NCBI GenBank assembly: GCA_038236905.1
Contig: JBBRZG010000001.1
Location: 13,933-77,932 of the forward strand
Length of the DNA: 64,000 bases
Reading direction: 5' to 3'
Source of the DNA: Burkholderiales bacterium
GTDB taxonomy: Bacteria > Pseudomonadota > Gammaproteobacteria > Burkholderiales > Usitatibacteraceae
The notes under the pieces were generated by a model, which saw only the letters and a program-made list of their open reading frames with translations, searched no databases and was not told the origin of the DNA. Below are positions 49,606 through 58,816 of this stretch, piece by piece; the stretch's first letter is position 1, and the number at the start of each line of letters is the position of its first letter. Position numbers and translations under genes: made by a program.

Positions 49606-50151
49606 ATGGAAACAGGATCCTCCGAACGCGCTGCTTTTAATCCATTGATCAGACCTTATCTGGTCATCACCATCGGCTCTGCAATGCTGCTCACGATAGT
49701 ATTCGCGCCACTCGCGATCATCTGGTTTCTGGGCGTGGGTCAGTGGTGGGCGCGCCACTATTTCGACAAACTTGACTGTGAACTCACCGATAAAGCGATT
49801 CGTTTCCGCAAAGGGATTTTGGTACAGATTGAAAAAACGATTCCGCTTGAGAACATCCAAGACGTTACATTTATCGAGGGCCCGATCCTCAGGCATTTCA
49901 ACTTGAGCACACTCAAGTTCGAAACCGCGGGGGCCAGTACCAGCGTTGACGGCAATATGAAGTTGACCGGCATTATTGGCGCGCAAGCATTCCGGAACAA
50001 TATTCTAGCCGCCCGCGATATGCTCAAGCATCGCGGCCAAACATCAATTCATCCGACGGCTAATCCCGCTATCGATGCACATCTCATCGTACTCAAAAGT
50101 ATCGAAGCGAAACTGGACGCTATTGTGGCGCAGATGCGAGAGGGAAAATGA
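49606..50151 (+). CDS. Bacterial PH-domain (YdbS-like, membrane-flanked) protein
   Basis: 181 aa with two N-terminal TM helices, then IRFRKGILVQIEKTIPLENIQDV, typical of bPH_2. Confidence 0.65.
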   Translation: METGSSERAAFNPLIRPYLVITIGSAMLLTIVFAPLAIIWFLGVGQWWARHYFDKLDCELTDKAIRFRKGILVQIEKTIPLENIQDVTFIEGPILRHFNLSTLKFETAGASTSVDGNMKLTGIIGAQAFRNNILAARDMLKHRGQTSIHPTANPAIDAHLIVLKSIEAKLDAIVAQMREGK

Positions 50152-50216
50152 AAACCGAGGCGGAAAAACGATGAAAAACCACAGCTCAACTAATCATCTC
50201 GTTTCGATTTGGCCGA

Positions 50217-50861
50217 TTAAAACTTGAACAACACGCCGAGCGAGTAATTATCAGCATCAAACGCACTGCCCAGCGCGTTGCCACCGAGTTTGCGGAAGCG
50301 CTCGACCTCAAGGCGCAGCCCAAGATTTTTGCTCATCGCATATTGAACGCCAAAAGCCAACTTCCCAGCGGTCGAAGATGGTGAGCCGCCGGACGTAATC
50401 AGATCAATGCTGCCTGAGCCGCTAAAAACCCCGTCAGTTTTCATTCGTTGCACGCCAGCTCGGCCGAGCAACGAAAACTTATCGAAAATAGGCAGCGTGC
50501 CGACTAAATCAAGGCCGAAGCCTTTTACTTTAAGTCCGGGATTGAGACTGCCAGCAGGCTGAACGCTGGCTTGATATCCGTATTTGACGAGATCGGTGTA
50601 ATTACCTTCGACGGCAACATACGATGTGAATTGGTAACCGAGTTTCAACCCGTAGCTGGTTGTTTTATCGCTGAGCGATACAGAGGGGGAGTTAAATCCC
50701 AAGTCAAGCAACTGGCTTGATAGATCGCTGCCGTTGAGACCTGTTTTAGCTTGACCGGCAGAAATGCCAACAAAAAACTGCGCACGTGCGTTGGCAGTGG
50801 CGGCGAGCAGCAGCACGCAGAGCGCCAACTGATTTAAATATTTAAACTTATTAATCCTCAT
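50217..50861 (-). CDS. Small outer-membrane beta-barrel protein
   Basis: Signal peptide, alternating beta-strand pattern, and a C-terminal ...LGVLFKF ending in Phe. Confidence 0.8.
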   Translation of the reverse strand: MRINKFKYLNQLALCVLLLAATANARAQFFVGISAGQAKTGLNGSDLSSQLLDLGFNSPSVSLSDKTTSYGLKLGYQFTSYVAVEGNYTDLVKYGYQASVQPAGSLNPGLKVKGFGLDLVGTLPIFDKFSLLGRAGVQRMKTDGVFSGSGSIDLITSGGSPSSTAGKLAFGVQYAMSKNLGLRLEVERFRKLGGNALGSAFDADNYSLGVLFKF

Positions 50862-51010
50862 GTTGAGTCCTTGAAGTTGCGCCGCCGCGACTTGAACATC
50901 TAATTATTAAATCCTATTGCGATATCTTAGGCCTCTTTGTGCCGAAAAAGTTGCGCATTTACGGTTCATTGCTGCGCTTCGGTAAATTTGAGGGCATTGA
51001 TGTGCGATTG

Positions 51011-51040
51011 TTTGGGTTTGGGTTTGGGTTTGGGTTTGGG
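51011..51040. repeat. (TTTGGG)5 hexanucleotide microsatellite / G-quadruplex motif
   Basis: Five perfect TTTGGG units, giving five G3 tracts with 3-nt loops. Located 24 nt downstream of the ggt stop and 150 nt upstream of the OMP start codon. Confidence 0.9.
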
Positions 51041-51063
51041 TCCGTCTGGGTTCATTTCCTTCG

Positions 51064-52920
51064 CTATTCACCCTTAACCACACCTTCACGGCGCGGATCC
51101 GCACCGCCCGCCCAGCCTGAACGCGGCTTAACGATAGCGTCTAGGCTACTGCGGCTCTCATCGCTACGCTGCCCATCAAACACGAAGCCGTGAAGGCCAG
51201 AATTACTATCAATCAATCTGACGAGGTGGCCTTTTGCTTCGAGCCCGGTTTTCAAGCTTTCATTCGGACTGCCGAGTTCCAGACTGGTGACGGCCGAAGT
51301 TTGTGCGCCAAAATTACCCAGGTTGATTGCATCCTGAATATTGAGTTTCCAGTCGAGCACGCCGATCAGGGTCTTGGTCACATACTGGATGATATTGCTG
51401 CCGCCGGGCGAGCCCACCACCATTCGTACCCGTCCCGCCTGGTCAAACACAATGGTGGGTGCCATCGCGCTGCGCGGTCGTTTGCCGGGCTCGACGCGAT
51501 TGGCCACGGGCGCACCGTTCGTCGCGGGTACAAACGAAAAATCAGTGAGTTGGCTATTCAACAAAAACCCGCGCACCATTTGTTTTGAACCAAATGCAGA
51601 TTCGATGGTGGTTGTCATCGCCACGACGTTCCCAATGTGATCCGTGATAGACATGTGCGAGGTGCCTGGCAAATCCGCCGACTGATCTGCTGACAAGGGT
51701 CGTTTGACACCCGGTGGCACCCCCGCTCTGGGTGCGCCCATACTGCGCGAAAGATTAATAATTTTCGCGCGTGATTTTAAATAGGCCTTATCCAGCAAAC
51801 CGGTCATCGGTACACTGAAAAAATCAGGGTCCGCCATGTAGAGGGCACGATCCGCGTACGCCAGCCGATACGCTTCCGAAATGAGGTGAGTCGATTCCAC
51901 CGTTTGTGCGCCGAGCGCGGCCACATCAAAATTTTCCAGCACGCTTAAGGTCATCAGCACGGTCGCGGCCGAGCTCGGCGAACCCATCGTGCAAATGGTC
52001 CACTGTGTGCGATAGGTCGAACAAACAGGTTCGCGTTTTTTGGCCTGATACCCGCCGAGATCAGCTTCACTCAATCGTCCCGGATTGCCGGGATGGTCGC
52101 GTACCGCTGCCACTATGTCACGTGCCATATCGCCCTTATAAAATGCATCTGCACCGCCCGCCGCGATGGCGCGAAAAGTCGCGGCAAGATCGGGGTTTTT
52201 AAGGAGCGTTCCCGCTGCTTTTGGTGTGCCATCTGCGTGATAAAAATAAGCCGGTGCCTGCAACGGCTGGGCATTTAATTTTGATTCGAACGATTGCGCC
52301 GCATCGCCCGAGGTGGCTGAAAACAAGCGTCCGCTAATCGGGAAGCCTTGCTCGCAGAGGCGGATCGCGGGCTCAAATAATTTTGCCCAAGCAAGCTTGC
52401 CGTTTTCTTTATGTGCCAGTTCCAGCATGCGCAACACGCCCGGTGTGCCGACTGAGCGGCCGCCCACGCGGGCGGCGAATGAGAGCGGCGCACCCGCAGC
52501 ATCTAGAAATAAATTGCTGGTGACAGCCGCGGGCGCAGTTTCGCGCCCATCGTAGGTTTCCAGCTTTTTATTCACTGCGTCGTAATGCAGCATGAATGCG
52601 CCACCACCAATGCCGGAAGATTGCGGCTCGACCAGATTGAGCACCATTTGCACCGCAATAGCGGCATCAATCGCCGCCCCGCCTGCGCGCAGCATCTCGA
52701 TTCCAGCATCAACAGCCAATGGGTTGGCGGCGACCACCATATCTTTGCTGGTGAAAACGCTTTGCGTCGATGTCCAACCGGAAGGAAGCTCGGGGGGATG
52801 TTGCGCGACTGTTGTACAGCTTGCCAAAAGCAATAGCGCCGCGACGACAAAACTCGATGACGTGAGCTTCAGCGAACTGAAATGCGGCGAATGGGTGCTA
52901 TATGAAATTGTGCTGAGCAT
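51064..52920 (-). CDS. ggt: Gamma-glutamyltransferase
   Basis: Within ORF 51064..53058 (ATG at 52920 gives a lipoprotein-like signal LLLASC). Autoprocessing-site context PGTSHMSITD. Motifs GSPGGSNII and GGADPRREG. Confidence 0.88.
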   Translation of the reverse strand: MLSTISYSTHSPHFSSLKLTSSSFVVAALLLLASCTTVAQHPPELPSGWTSTQSVFTSKDMVVAANPLAVDAGIEMLRAGGAAIDAAIAVQMVLNLVEPQSSGIGGGAFMLHYDAVNKKLETYDGRETAPAAVTSNLFLDAAGAPLSFAARVGGRSVGTPGVLRMLELAHKENGKLAWAKLFEPAIRLCEQGFPISGRLFSATSGDAAQSFESKLNAQPLQAPAYFYHADGTPKAAGTLLKNPDLAATFRAIAAGGADAFYKGDMARDIVAAVRDHPGNPGRLSEADLGGYQAKKREPVCSTYRTQWTICTMGSPSSAATVLMTLSVLENFDVAALGAQTVESTHLISEAYRLAYADRALYMADPDFFSVPMTGLLDKAYLKSRAKIINLSRSMGAPRAGVPPGVKRPLSADQSADLPGTSHMSITDHIGNVVAMTTTIESAFGSKQMVRGFLLNSQLTDFSFVPATNGAPVANRVEPGKRPRSAMAPTIVFDQAGRVRMVVGSPGGSNIIQYVTKTLIGVLDWKLNIQDAINLGNFGAQTSAVTSLELGSPNESLKTGLEAKGHLVRLIDSNSGLHGFVFDGQRSDESRSSLDAIVKPRSGWAGGADPRREGVVKGE

Positions 52921-53083
52921 AAATGCTTCCAAAGCAGGTTTAAATTTTAGACCAGCGTAAGCAACCGCGGGGCTGGTGTCAATGTGAAGTCGCTTATATG
53001 GAAGCCAATCTCTAGCATGGGCGAGTTTTCTTAAGCATTTATGCTCTGAAACGCCCACCTACATTGGGCATTTATTTTTAAAT

Positions 53084-53108
53084 GGTTCAAATCCGACCCC
53101 TGCCGCAC
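53084..53108 (+). other. tRNA 3'-end-like fragment (T-loop + acceptor 3' strand), no intact tRNA
   Basis: GGTTCAAATCC GAC CCCTGCC G reads as a T-loop TTCAAAT, T-stem 3' strand CCGAC, a 7-nt acceptor strand and a discriminator. The upstream sequence cannot form the rest of a tRNA. It sits at the edge of the AT-rich island. Confidence 0.45.
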
Positions 53109-53169
53109 TGGTAATTAGGTTAGATCCGTGCCGTTAAAAATTTAGTCACCGAAAATTTTGCGATATCGC

Positions 53170-53200
53170 TTGACAAGAATCACTTTTTTTGTGGCGTAAT
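53170..53200 (+). promoter_or_regulatory. Possible sigma70 promoter of the orphan island
   Basis: Consensus -35 TTGACA (53170..53175), then CGTAAT after a 19-nt spacer. About 65 nt upstream of the ATG at 53266. Confidence 0.3.
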
Positions 53201-53265
53201 TATTTAGATCATTAATAGCTAGGTAACGTAACTAAATTGTAAAAAACTTTTCAGGGTGAACAATA

Positions 53266-53769
53266 ATGTTGAGACGTTTAATTCAATCTGTTTTCTTGTT
53301 GTGCATGATGTTTCCGTCAACAGTGCTTTTTTACTCACCGCCTGCATCGGCGCTGATCTCTATAATATGTATGGAAAATCCTGAGACCGGGATCATAACG
53401 TGTACAGCCCAAGATGAAGGGGGCGGTTCATGCGCTGATGATGGTAGTTGTTACGGCAGTGGCGGCGGCACTGGTTGCGGAGGCGCCTGCGGGGATGGCG
53501 GGTCTAACTCAGCCAGCCAAGAACAGGTAAAAATCGTAGTTGAACGATATAAACATCAGTGCAGGCCAGCTAACCAAAGTGCAGAGGTTTATTCCGCCAG
53601 TCAAATAGAAAGTTGTAAGACGGCTTCATATTCTGAAGGGTTGCGTGAGTATCCAGCTTTGAGATATTTGCCAGGTGGAACTGCAGGCTTGGGAGGAATC
53701 ATAGCGCCTCTACGTAATGCTCATGTAGCAGATCAAATAGTTTCCGGCAACGATAAAGCTTGTCCGTAG
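53266..53769 (+). CDS. Hypothetical secreted Cys/Gly-rich protein (orphan, AT-rich island)
   Basis: 167 aa. Signal peptide (...SPPASA). Cys/Gly-rich block CTAQDEGGGSCADDGSCYGSGGGTGCGGACGDGG. SD-like AGGGTG upstream. Visibly more AT-rich than its neighbours. Confidence 0.6.
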   Translation: MLRRLIQSVFLLCMMFPSTVLFYSPPASALISIICMENPETGIITCTAQDEGGGSCADDGSCYGSGGGTGCGGACGDGGSNSASQEQVKIVVERYKHQCRPANQSAEVYSASQIESCKTASYSEGLREYPALRYLPGGTAGLGGIIAPLRNAHVADQIVSGNDKACP

Positions 53770-53816
53770 GTCTACGGAAATTAATGCTTGTAAGCGCAAA
53801 ATTTAAATTTAATTTT

Positions 53817-54869
53817 ATGACAAAAAAAATCATTCTTATTTTATTTTCAATGGTCATAATTTTGACGGGGTTTTTATTCCTAACGCCGTCAGGCAAGACA
53901 CTCCCTAGGCATGAGCGCGCTGAAACTACAACACCATTGATTAATGATTTTAAAAAGGACAGCCTATCTGTCAAAAGCGGGGTTGAAACCACAGCGTTAT
54001 CGTCCGCTTTGCGGCAGGCAAATACCAGCGAAAAATCTCCGTTCGCGATGGAAGAAAGCACACGTAGCAGTCGGTGGAAAAAAGCGAAGAGTGCGCTATC
54101 GATAAATGCGGAAATTGAGCAGCTATTAATCGAGAGCGATGTGGAAAACCCAAGATTTGCATATAAGTTGTTTCTACTTTGCGAACAGGTGAATGAAAGC
54201 AAAAGTAGTGAACAATTGCCTGCGGAAGCGGTTCAACAAAGGCTGAAAGAATATGCAAACGGCAGACCGCATGTCACGCAAATCACGCCGTATGAATGGC
54301 GGTTAACGCACGCGATAGTTGACGCGGGATACTCAGAGAATACGGTCGCAAAAAAGCGTGCGCTTAGTGATAAATTTGCAGCACGTTGCGGCGGGCCAGT
54401 GAGCGAAGCGCTTGGTATAAAGGTTGCGGGGTCAATCGATAACTCCGCCAAGGCTGGCTCGGCGTTGGCTAACGCCCCTTACGGAGACTTGAGAAGCGAA
54501 GCATCATTCGCTGCGTTGGAAAAAGTCTTACGCGATCCAAGTCTTGCCTCTGTATGGCTACCCATAAAACGAGATTTTTTGGGCGAAATTGCCGAAAATG
54601 CAGGCTATTTTGAAGGCCTGAATGACAATGATAAAAAAGCGTTACTTTGGCTTGTTATATGTAATTTTGGCAGCGATTGTGCTGATGATGGAATTACTAG
54701 GCTCGATGCTTGCCTCAACGCTTATTTATGCGATGGGAATTCCGTTGCAGAGTCCGTCGCAAATGCGGTAGGTAAAGACAAAGTGCCAATTGTTGCTGCG
54801 CGCGCAAATAAACTGTCGCTAGATTTGGCAGCCGCAGGCGCCGGGTTCTTTAAGTCTAGACAGAAATAG
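53817..54869 (+). CDS. Hypothetical membrane-anchored protein (orphan, AT-rich island)
   Basis: Within ORF 53760..54869. ATG at 53817 gives MTKKIILILFSMVIILTGFLFL. C-terminal Cys cluster ICNFGSDCADDGITRLDACLNAYLC. I recognise no family. Confidence 0.6.
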   Translation: MTKKIILILFSMVIILTGFLFLTPSGKTLPRHERAETTTPLINDFKKDSLSVKSGVETTALSSALRQANTSEKSPFAMEESTRSSRWKKAKSALSINAEIEQLLIESDVENPRFAYKLFLLCEQVNESKSSEQLPAEAVQQRLKEYANGRPHVTQITPYEWRLTHAIVDAGYSENTVAKKRALSDKFAARCGGPVSEALGIKVAGSIDNSAKAGSALANAPYGDLRSEASFAALEKVLRDPSLASVWLPIKRDFLGEIAENAGYFEGLNDNDKKALLWLVICNFGSDCADDGITRLDACLNAYLCDGNSVAESVANAVGKDKVPIVAARANKLSLDLAAAGAGFFKSRQK

Positions 54870-55023
54870 GCTTAGTCGCGAATTGCAACAAGCATCGACA
54901 CACTTGCAGTGAATTTGACAAGACTTGTAATTCTATCGGTATTACAACTTAGATCAGGGCACCCCAAAAAGAGTCATGTCTACTCGGCTTCAGCGCTCTC
55001 AAAAATCGAAGCGACTAAACTTT

Positions 55024-56211
55024 TTAACGCTGCACTAAAAGCCCTTTCAAATAATCGCCTTCCGGAAAATTAAGCGCAACGGGATGATCTGCGCCACCAC
55101 TCAAATGTTTGATGATTTGTGCATCCACATTCGCGTCCAGCGCTGCGCCAGCGATGATCTTTTGAAATAGCTCGGCAGAGATGCCGCCTGAGCAGGAAAA
55201 CGTCATCAAGCGCCCGCCCTCGCGCAGCAATTTAAGCCCGAGCAAATTAATATCTTTGTAAGCGCGCGCTGCTTTTTCGGCGTGCTGCGCGGTTGGTGCA
55301 AATTTGGGCGGGTCCAGAATGATCAGGTCGAACGACCTGCCCATATCGCGCATTTTTCGCAGCGCGGTAAAAACGTCGGCCTCCCAAAATTCAGCCTTGC
55401 TGACGTCGCTAGCTGCATCCATGTTGTTGAGCGCAAGATTACGTTTAGCCATCGCCAGCGCGGGGCCCGAGCTGTCAATCGACATCACAGACTTCGCGCC
55501 GCCAGCCAGCGCAGCGGCGCTCATGGTGCCGGTGTAGCAAAAGCAATTCAGCACATCCAGATTATTGGCGAGCGAACGCGTTAACGCCCGATTCTCGCGC
55601 TGATCAAGATAGAAACCCGTTTTGTGACCTGCAACGATGTCGACCGCAATCTGTAACCCGTTTTCCTCAATCACAAGCTCGCCCGCCAAGGGGCTGCCCC
55701 CTATCAAGCCGCATCGAATCGGCAAGCCTTCCAGCGCCCGTACATCGGCGTCACTGCGTTCGTACACGGCCGCAGCGCCAGTCTCTTCGATCAACAGACG
55801 CGCCAGCAATTCGCGCTGCGGCTCCATGCCCGCAGTAAGAATCTGCAGCACAATCACGCCGCCGTATTGATCCGCGATCACGCCCGGCAAATGATCCGAT
55901 TCTGCGTGAATCAGACGCATCGCATTGGTCTCATTGCGGAGCGACGCGCGGCGCTTAATGGCCCGGCGAATACACGCGCGGAAAAACGCTTCGTCAATGA
56001 CATCCGCCTCAATGAACGACAGTGCCCGAGCGACGATTTGCGATTGCGCGCTATAGGTCGCATAGGCAAGGAATCTCCCGTCTTCCGCGGCTAACTTGAT
56101 AATCTCGCCGGATTCTGCGCCATCACTGGATTTGACCGCGCCTGAAAATACCCACGGATGTTTACGCAGCAACGACTTTTCACGACCTTGTTTGATAATA
56201 ATTTTCTTCAT
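55024..56211 (-). CDS. rlmI: 23S rRNA m5C1962 methyltransferase RlmI
   Basis: Within ORF 55024..56289 (ATG at 56211). KQGREKSLLRKHPWVFSGAV, GHKTGFYLDQREN, DPPKF and YLKGLLVQR are colinear with E. coli RlmI. Confidence 0.88.
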   Translation of the reverse strand: MKKIIIKQGREKSLLRKHPWVFSGAVKSSDGAESGEIIKLAAEDGRFLAYATYSAQSQIVARALSFIEADVIDEAFFRACIRRAIKRRASLRNETNAMRLIHAESDHLPGVIADQYGGVIVLQILTAGMEPQRELLARLLIEETGAAAVYERSDADVRALEGLPIRCGLIGGSPLAGELVIEENGLQIAVDIVAGHKTGFYLDQRENRALTRSLANNLDVLNCFCYTGTMSAAALAGGAKSVMSIDSSGPALAMAKRNLALNNMDAASDVSKAEFWEADVFTALRKMRDMGRSFDLIILDPPKFAPTAQHAEKAARAYKDINLLGLKLLREGGRLMTFSCSGGISAELFQKIIAGAALDANVDAQIIKHLSGGADHPVALNFPEGDYLKGLLVQR

Positions 56212-56370
56212 GCCCGCATTGTACCGATGGCTACCGCACGGCGCGCGCCAGCGGTGGTGAGATGGTGAGTTAGAAATCGGTGAGTGCACGAAAGGGCAAA
56301 CAACTTCCCGCCCAACATGACCGCCACGTCACGTGCGGGTCGCTACAGATGCCTTCGCTATAATCATTGA

Positions 56371-57087
56371 ATGAATGCAGATCCTGGCAAAGAAGTAAAC
56401 GAGCTGACGCATCGCCCCATCCGCAGCTTTGTCCTCCGGCAAGGACGTTTGTCCACCGGACAATCTCGCGCGGTCGAAAATATCGGGCCACGCCTAGTCA
56501 TTTCCTATGCGCCCACGACGCTCGACTATGAAAAGGTGTTTGGCCGAACTGCGCCGACGATAGTGGAAATCGGCTTTGGGATGGGTCACACGACTGCCGA
56601 TATCGCCGCCTCACTTCGAGATAAAAATTTCATCGGCATAGAAGTACACACGCCCGGGGTGGGTAGTTTGTTAAAAATGGCAGACGAAAGAGCACTGGAT
56701 AATTTGCGCATCGTGCAGCATGACGCGGTCGAGGTGCTACAGCACATGATCGTGGATAGCTCGCTCGCAGGACTGCACATTTTTTTCCCTGACCCCTGGC
56801 CCAAAAAACGTCACCACAAGCGGCGTTTGATTCAAGCGGGTTTCGTGGATTTGCTGACGCAAAAACTGATGCCAGACGGCATTATTCATCTCGCCACGGA
56901 TTGGCACGAATACGCGGATCAGATGCTGGCCGTGTTGAGCGCATCTCCTGCCTTGGTCAACACCGCCGCAGGCTTTGCACCTCGGCCCAGCTATCGCACC
57001 GAGTCCAATTTCGAACGCAAAGGACTCGCGAAAGGGCATGGCGTTTGGGACCTGGTTTTTCGCCGAGTTGGCTTAGATGACAGCTAG
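56371..57087 (+). CDS. trmB: tRNA (guanine46-N7)-methyltransferase TrmB
   Basis: 238 aa with [23 protein letters not shown] and [15 protein letters not shown]. Confidence 0.92.
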   Translation: MNADPGKEVNELTHRPIRSFVLRQGRLSTGQSRAVENIGPRLVISYAPTTLDYEKVFGRTAPTIVEIGFGMGHTTADIAASLRDKNFIGIEVHTPGVGSLLKMADERALDNLRIVQHDAVEVLQHMIVDSSLAGLHIFFPDPWPKKRHHKRRLIQAGFVDLLTQKLMPDGIIHLATDWHEYADQMLAVLSASPALVNTAAGFAPRPSYRTESNFERKGLAKGHGVWDLVFRRVGLDDS

Positions 57088-57117
57088 ATTAGCGAAATCA
57101 AAACAGGGATTTCCCGG

Positions 57118-57885
57118 ATGGAAAACAAGATCCACATAGAAGAGACCGTATTCATGAGAAGTTCGTTAAGCAACACACTCAAAGCGCGGCGTAAATGGTT
57201 GGTGCACGCCGGGGCTTTATCGATTGCGGGCCCGCTCGGATTTTGGGGAGCGATTCAAGATGCACTTGCAAATGGGGATAAGCCGGTGGTGCGCGGCATA
57301 CAGTCGATTCAAGGTACGGTCACCGTCAATGGTGTTGCCGCGGCCGTGGGCACGCTGGTGAAAGTGGGCGATCGAATTTCGACAAGCGTGAAAAAAGACA
57401 GCTCGGCGGTGGTGGTGGTTGGTCACGATGCGTATCTTTTACGCGAGGACACCACCATTATTTTGCAGGCCAGCAAAGTCTCTGCGGGCGTCGGCGCAAT
57501 CGAGGCATTGGAGTCACTTTTAGTCGCCTCCGGCAAGGTGCTGTCCGTGTTTGGCAAACGCACACCCAACAAGGCCGTAACGGTGCGGGTGCGAAACGCC
57601 ATCATCGGCATTCGCGGCACAGGCTGCTATATCGAAGCGTCAGATCGCCGTACTTATTTTTGCCTGTGTTATGGCGAAGCTACTCTCGATGGGCTTGGCA
57701 TGAACACACAGACGATTCGAACCACTCACCACGAGCAGCCTATTTGGATCGAAGAAAGCAGCGGCAGTATGAAAACCGGGAGGGCCTCGTTCGGCAGCCA
57801 CACCGATGAGGAGCTCATCCTGCTGGAAAAGTTGACGGGGCGCGAACCACCGTTTGTAGCACTGGGGCTTACGGGCCGATATTGA
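57118..57885 (+). CDS. FecR-domain-like periplasmic protein
   Basis: 255 aa. Tat-like KARRKWLVHAGA signal (possible start at 57154), with the FecR-like core following. No sigma factor or TonB receptor is adjacent. Confidence 0.5.
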   Translation: MENKIHIEETVFMRSSLSNTLKARRKWLVHAGALSIAGPLGFWGAIQDALANGDKPVVRGIQSIQGTVTVNGVAAAVGTLVKVGDRISTSVKKDSSAVVVVGHDAYLLREDTTIILQASKVSAGVGAIEALESLLVASGKVLSVFGKRTPNKAVTVRVRNAIIGIRGTGCYIEASDRRTYFCLCYGEATLDGLGMNTQTIRTTHHEQPIWIEESSGSMKTGRASFGSHTDEELILLEKLTGREPPFVALGLTGRY

Positions 57886-58024
57886 TTTCCAAATATTGTC
57901 TGGCGAGCGAATCCCATAGCCTGTTATCGCCAAAAGCTTAAAAGTAGAGGTCGCAGCGCGGGCGAGCATTTCCGAACATAAATGTCTGTTTATCCCCGTC
58001 GATATTGGGCTTTGGCAATTTAAA

Positions 58025-58804
58025 TTACAACATCAGCCCGTAGTAAACCGCTGTGTCGTATTCAAATGTGACGGCGCCATTTTGCTGGTGTGCCGCAAAA
58101 ATTTCTTTCGCTTGTTTAACCATCGGTGCGTAGTTGGTCTCGTTGGGCGTGGGCATATAACTTGATGAATGAATTCTTCCCAACAGGCCATCGAGATTGA
58201 AGCGCTGATGGTTATCGAATTGCGCTTTGTGAAACTCGCCGCCGAAAAATGGCCTGAGTACCGATTTCTTCTGCGCGTGCTCGTGGTTTATTTCTTGGTA
58301 GTCGGTGCCAAATTTGGCGACGAGCTTTTCATAGTCGCGCAGGAATTGTGTTGAGTCCGTTCGTCGCACATTCCACACCAGCACCGCAAATCCTTCCGGC
58401 TTCAGAATGCGGATAAATTCAGCGCGCGCTTTGGCGGGATCAAACCAATGAAACGCCTGGCCCGCCACCGCAATATCCATTGCATGTGCGGGCAGCCGCG
58501 TCGCCTCTGCGGTGCCGTCCATGCTGGTAAATCGGCCAAATTCCGCCAAATATTGTTCACCCGCAAAACGCATTTCCCGGTTTGGCTCGATGCCAATGAC
58601 GGGGTTGCCATTCTCCAGAAAAATCTTCGCAAGCAACCCCGTGCCGGAGCCAATATCGGCGATCACACTCTCCGGCGTAAGATCACATTTCGCGGCGAGA
58701 AGATCAATAATTTCGAGCGGGTAAAGGGGCCGAAATTTCGCATAATCTTCGGCGCGGTTTGAGAAGCGGGTAGTGGATTGGTGGTGGTTCAACATAAAGA
58801 TCAT
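58025..58804 (-). CDS. Class I SAM-dependent methyltransferase
   Basis: SAM motif I VIADIGSGTGLL. Typical Methyltransf_11-type architecture. Confidence 0.8.
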   Translation of the reverse strand: MIFMLNHHQSTTRFSNRAEDYAKFRPLYPLEIIDLLAAKCDLTPESVIADIGSGTGLLAKIFLENGNPVIGIEPNREMRFAGEQYLAEFGRFTSMDGTAEATRLPAHAMDIAVAGQAFHWFDPAKARAEFIRILKPEGFAVLVWNVRRTDSTQFLRDYEKLVAKFGTDYQEINHEHAQKKSVLRPFFGGEFHKAQFDNHQRFNLDGLLGRIHSSSYMPTPNETNYAPMVKQAKEIFAAHQQNGAVTFEYDTAVYYGLML

Positions 58805-58816
58805 TCCAAGAAAAAA

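Noticed and set aside
50907-51104. ORFs translating the hexamer repeat as TQTQTQTQ (50907..51104, -) or FGFGFGFG (50939..51193, +).
   Set aside because: The periodic peptide is a by-product of the (TTTGGG)5 DNA repeat. Both ORFs overlap the ggt 3' end or intergenic DNA and do not look like coding sequence.
53380-53520. The Gly/Ser/Cys-rich block of island ORF1 as a microcin-B17-like (TOMM/RiPP) precursor.
   Set aside because: The protein is 167 aa with a Sec-type signal peptide rather than a short leader-core peptide. No cyclodehydratase, dehydrogenase or export genes are nearby.
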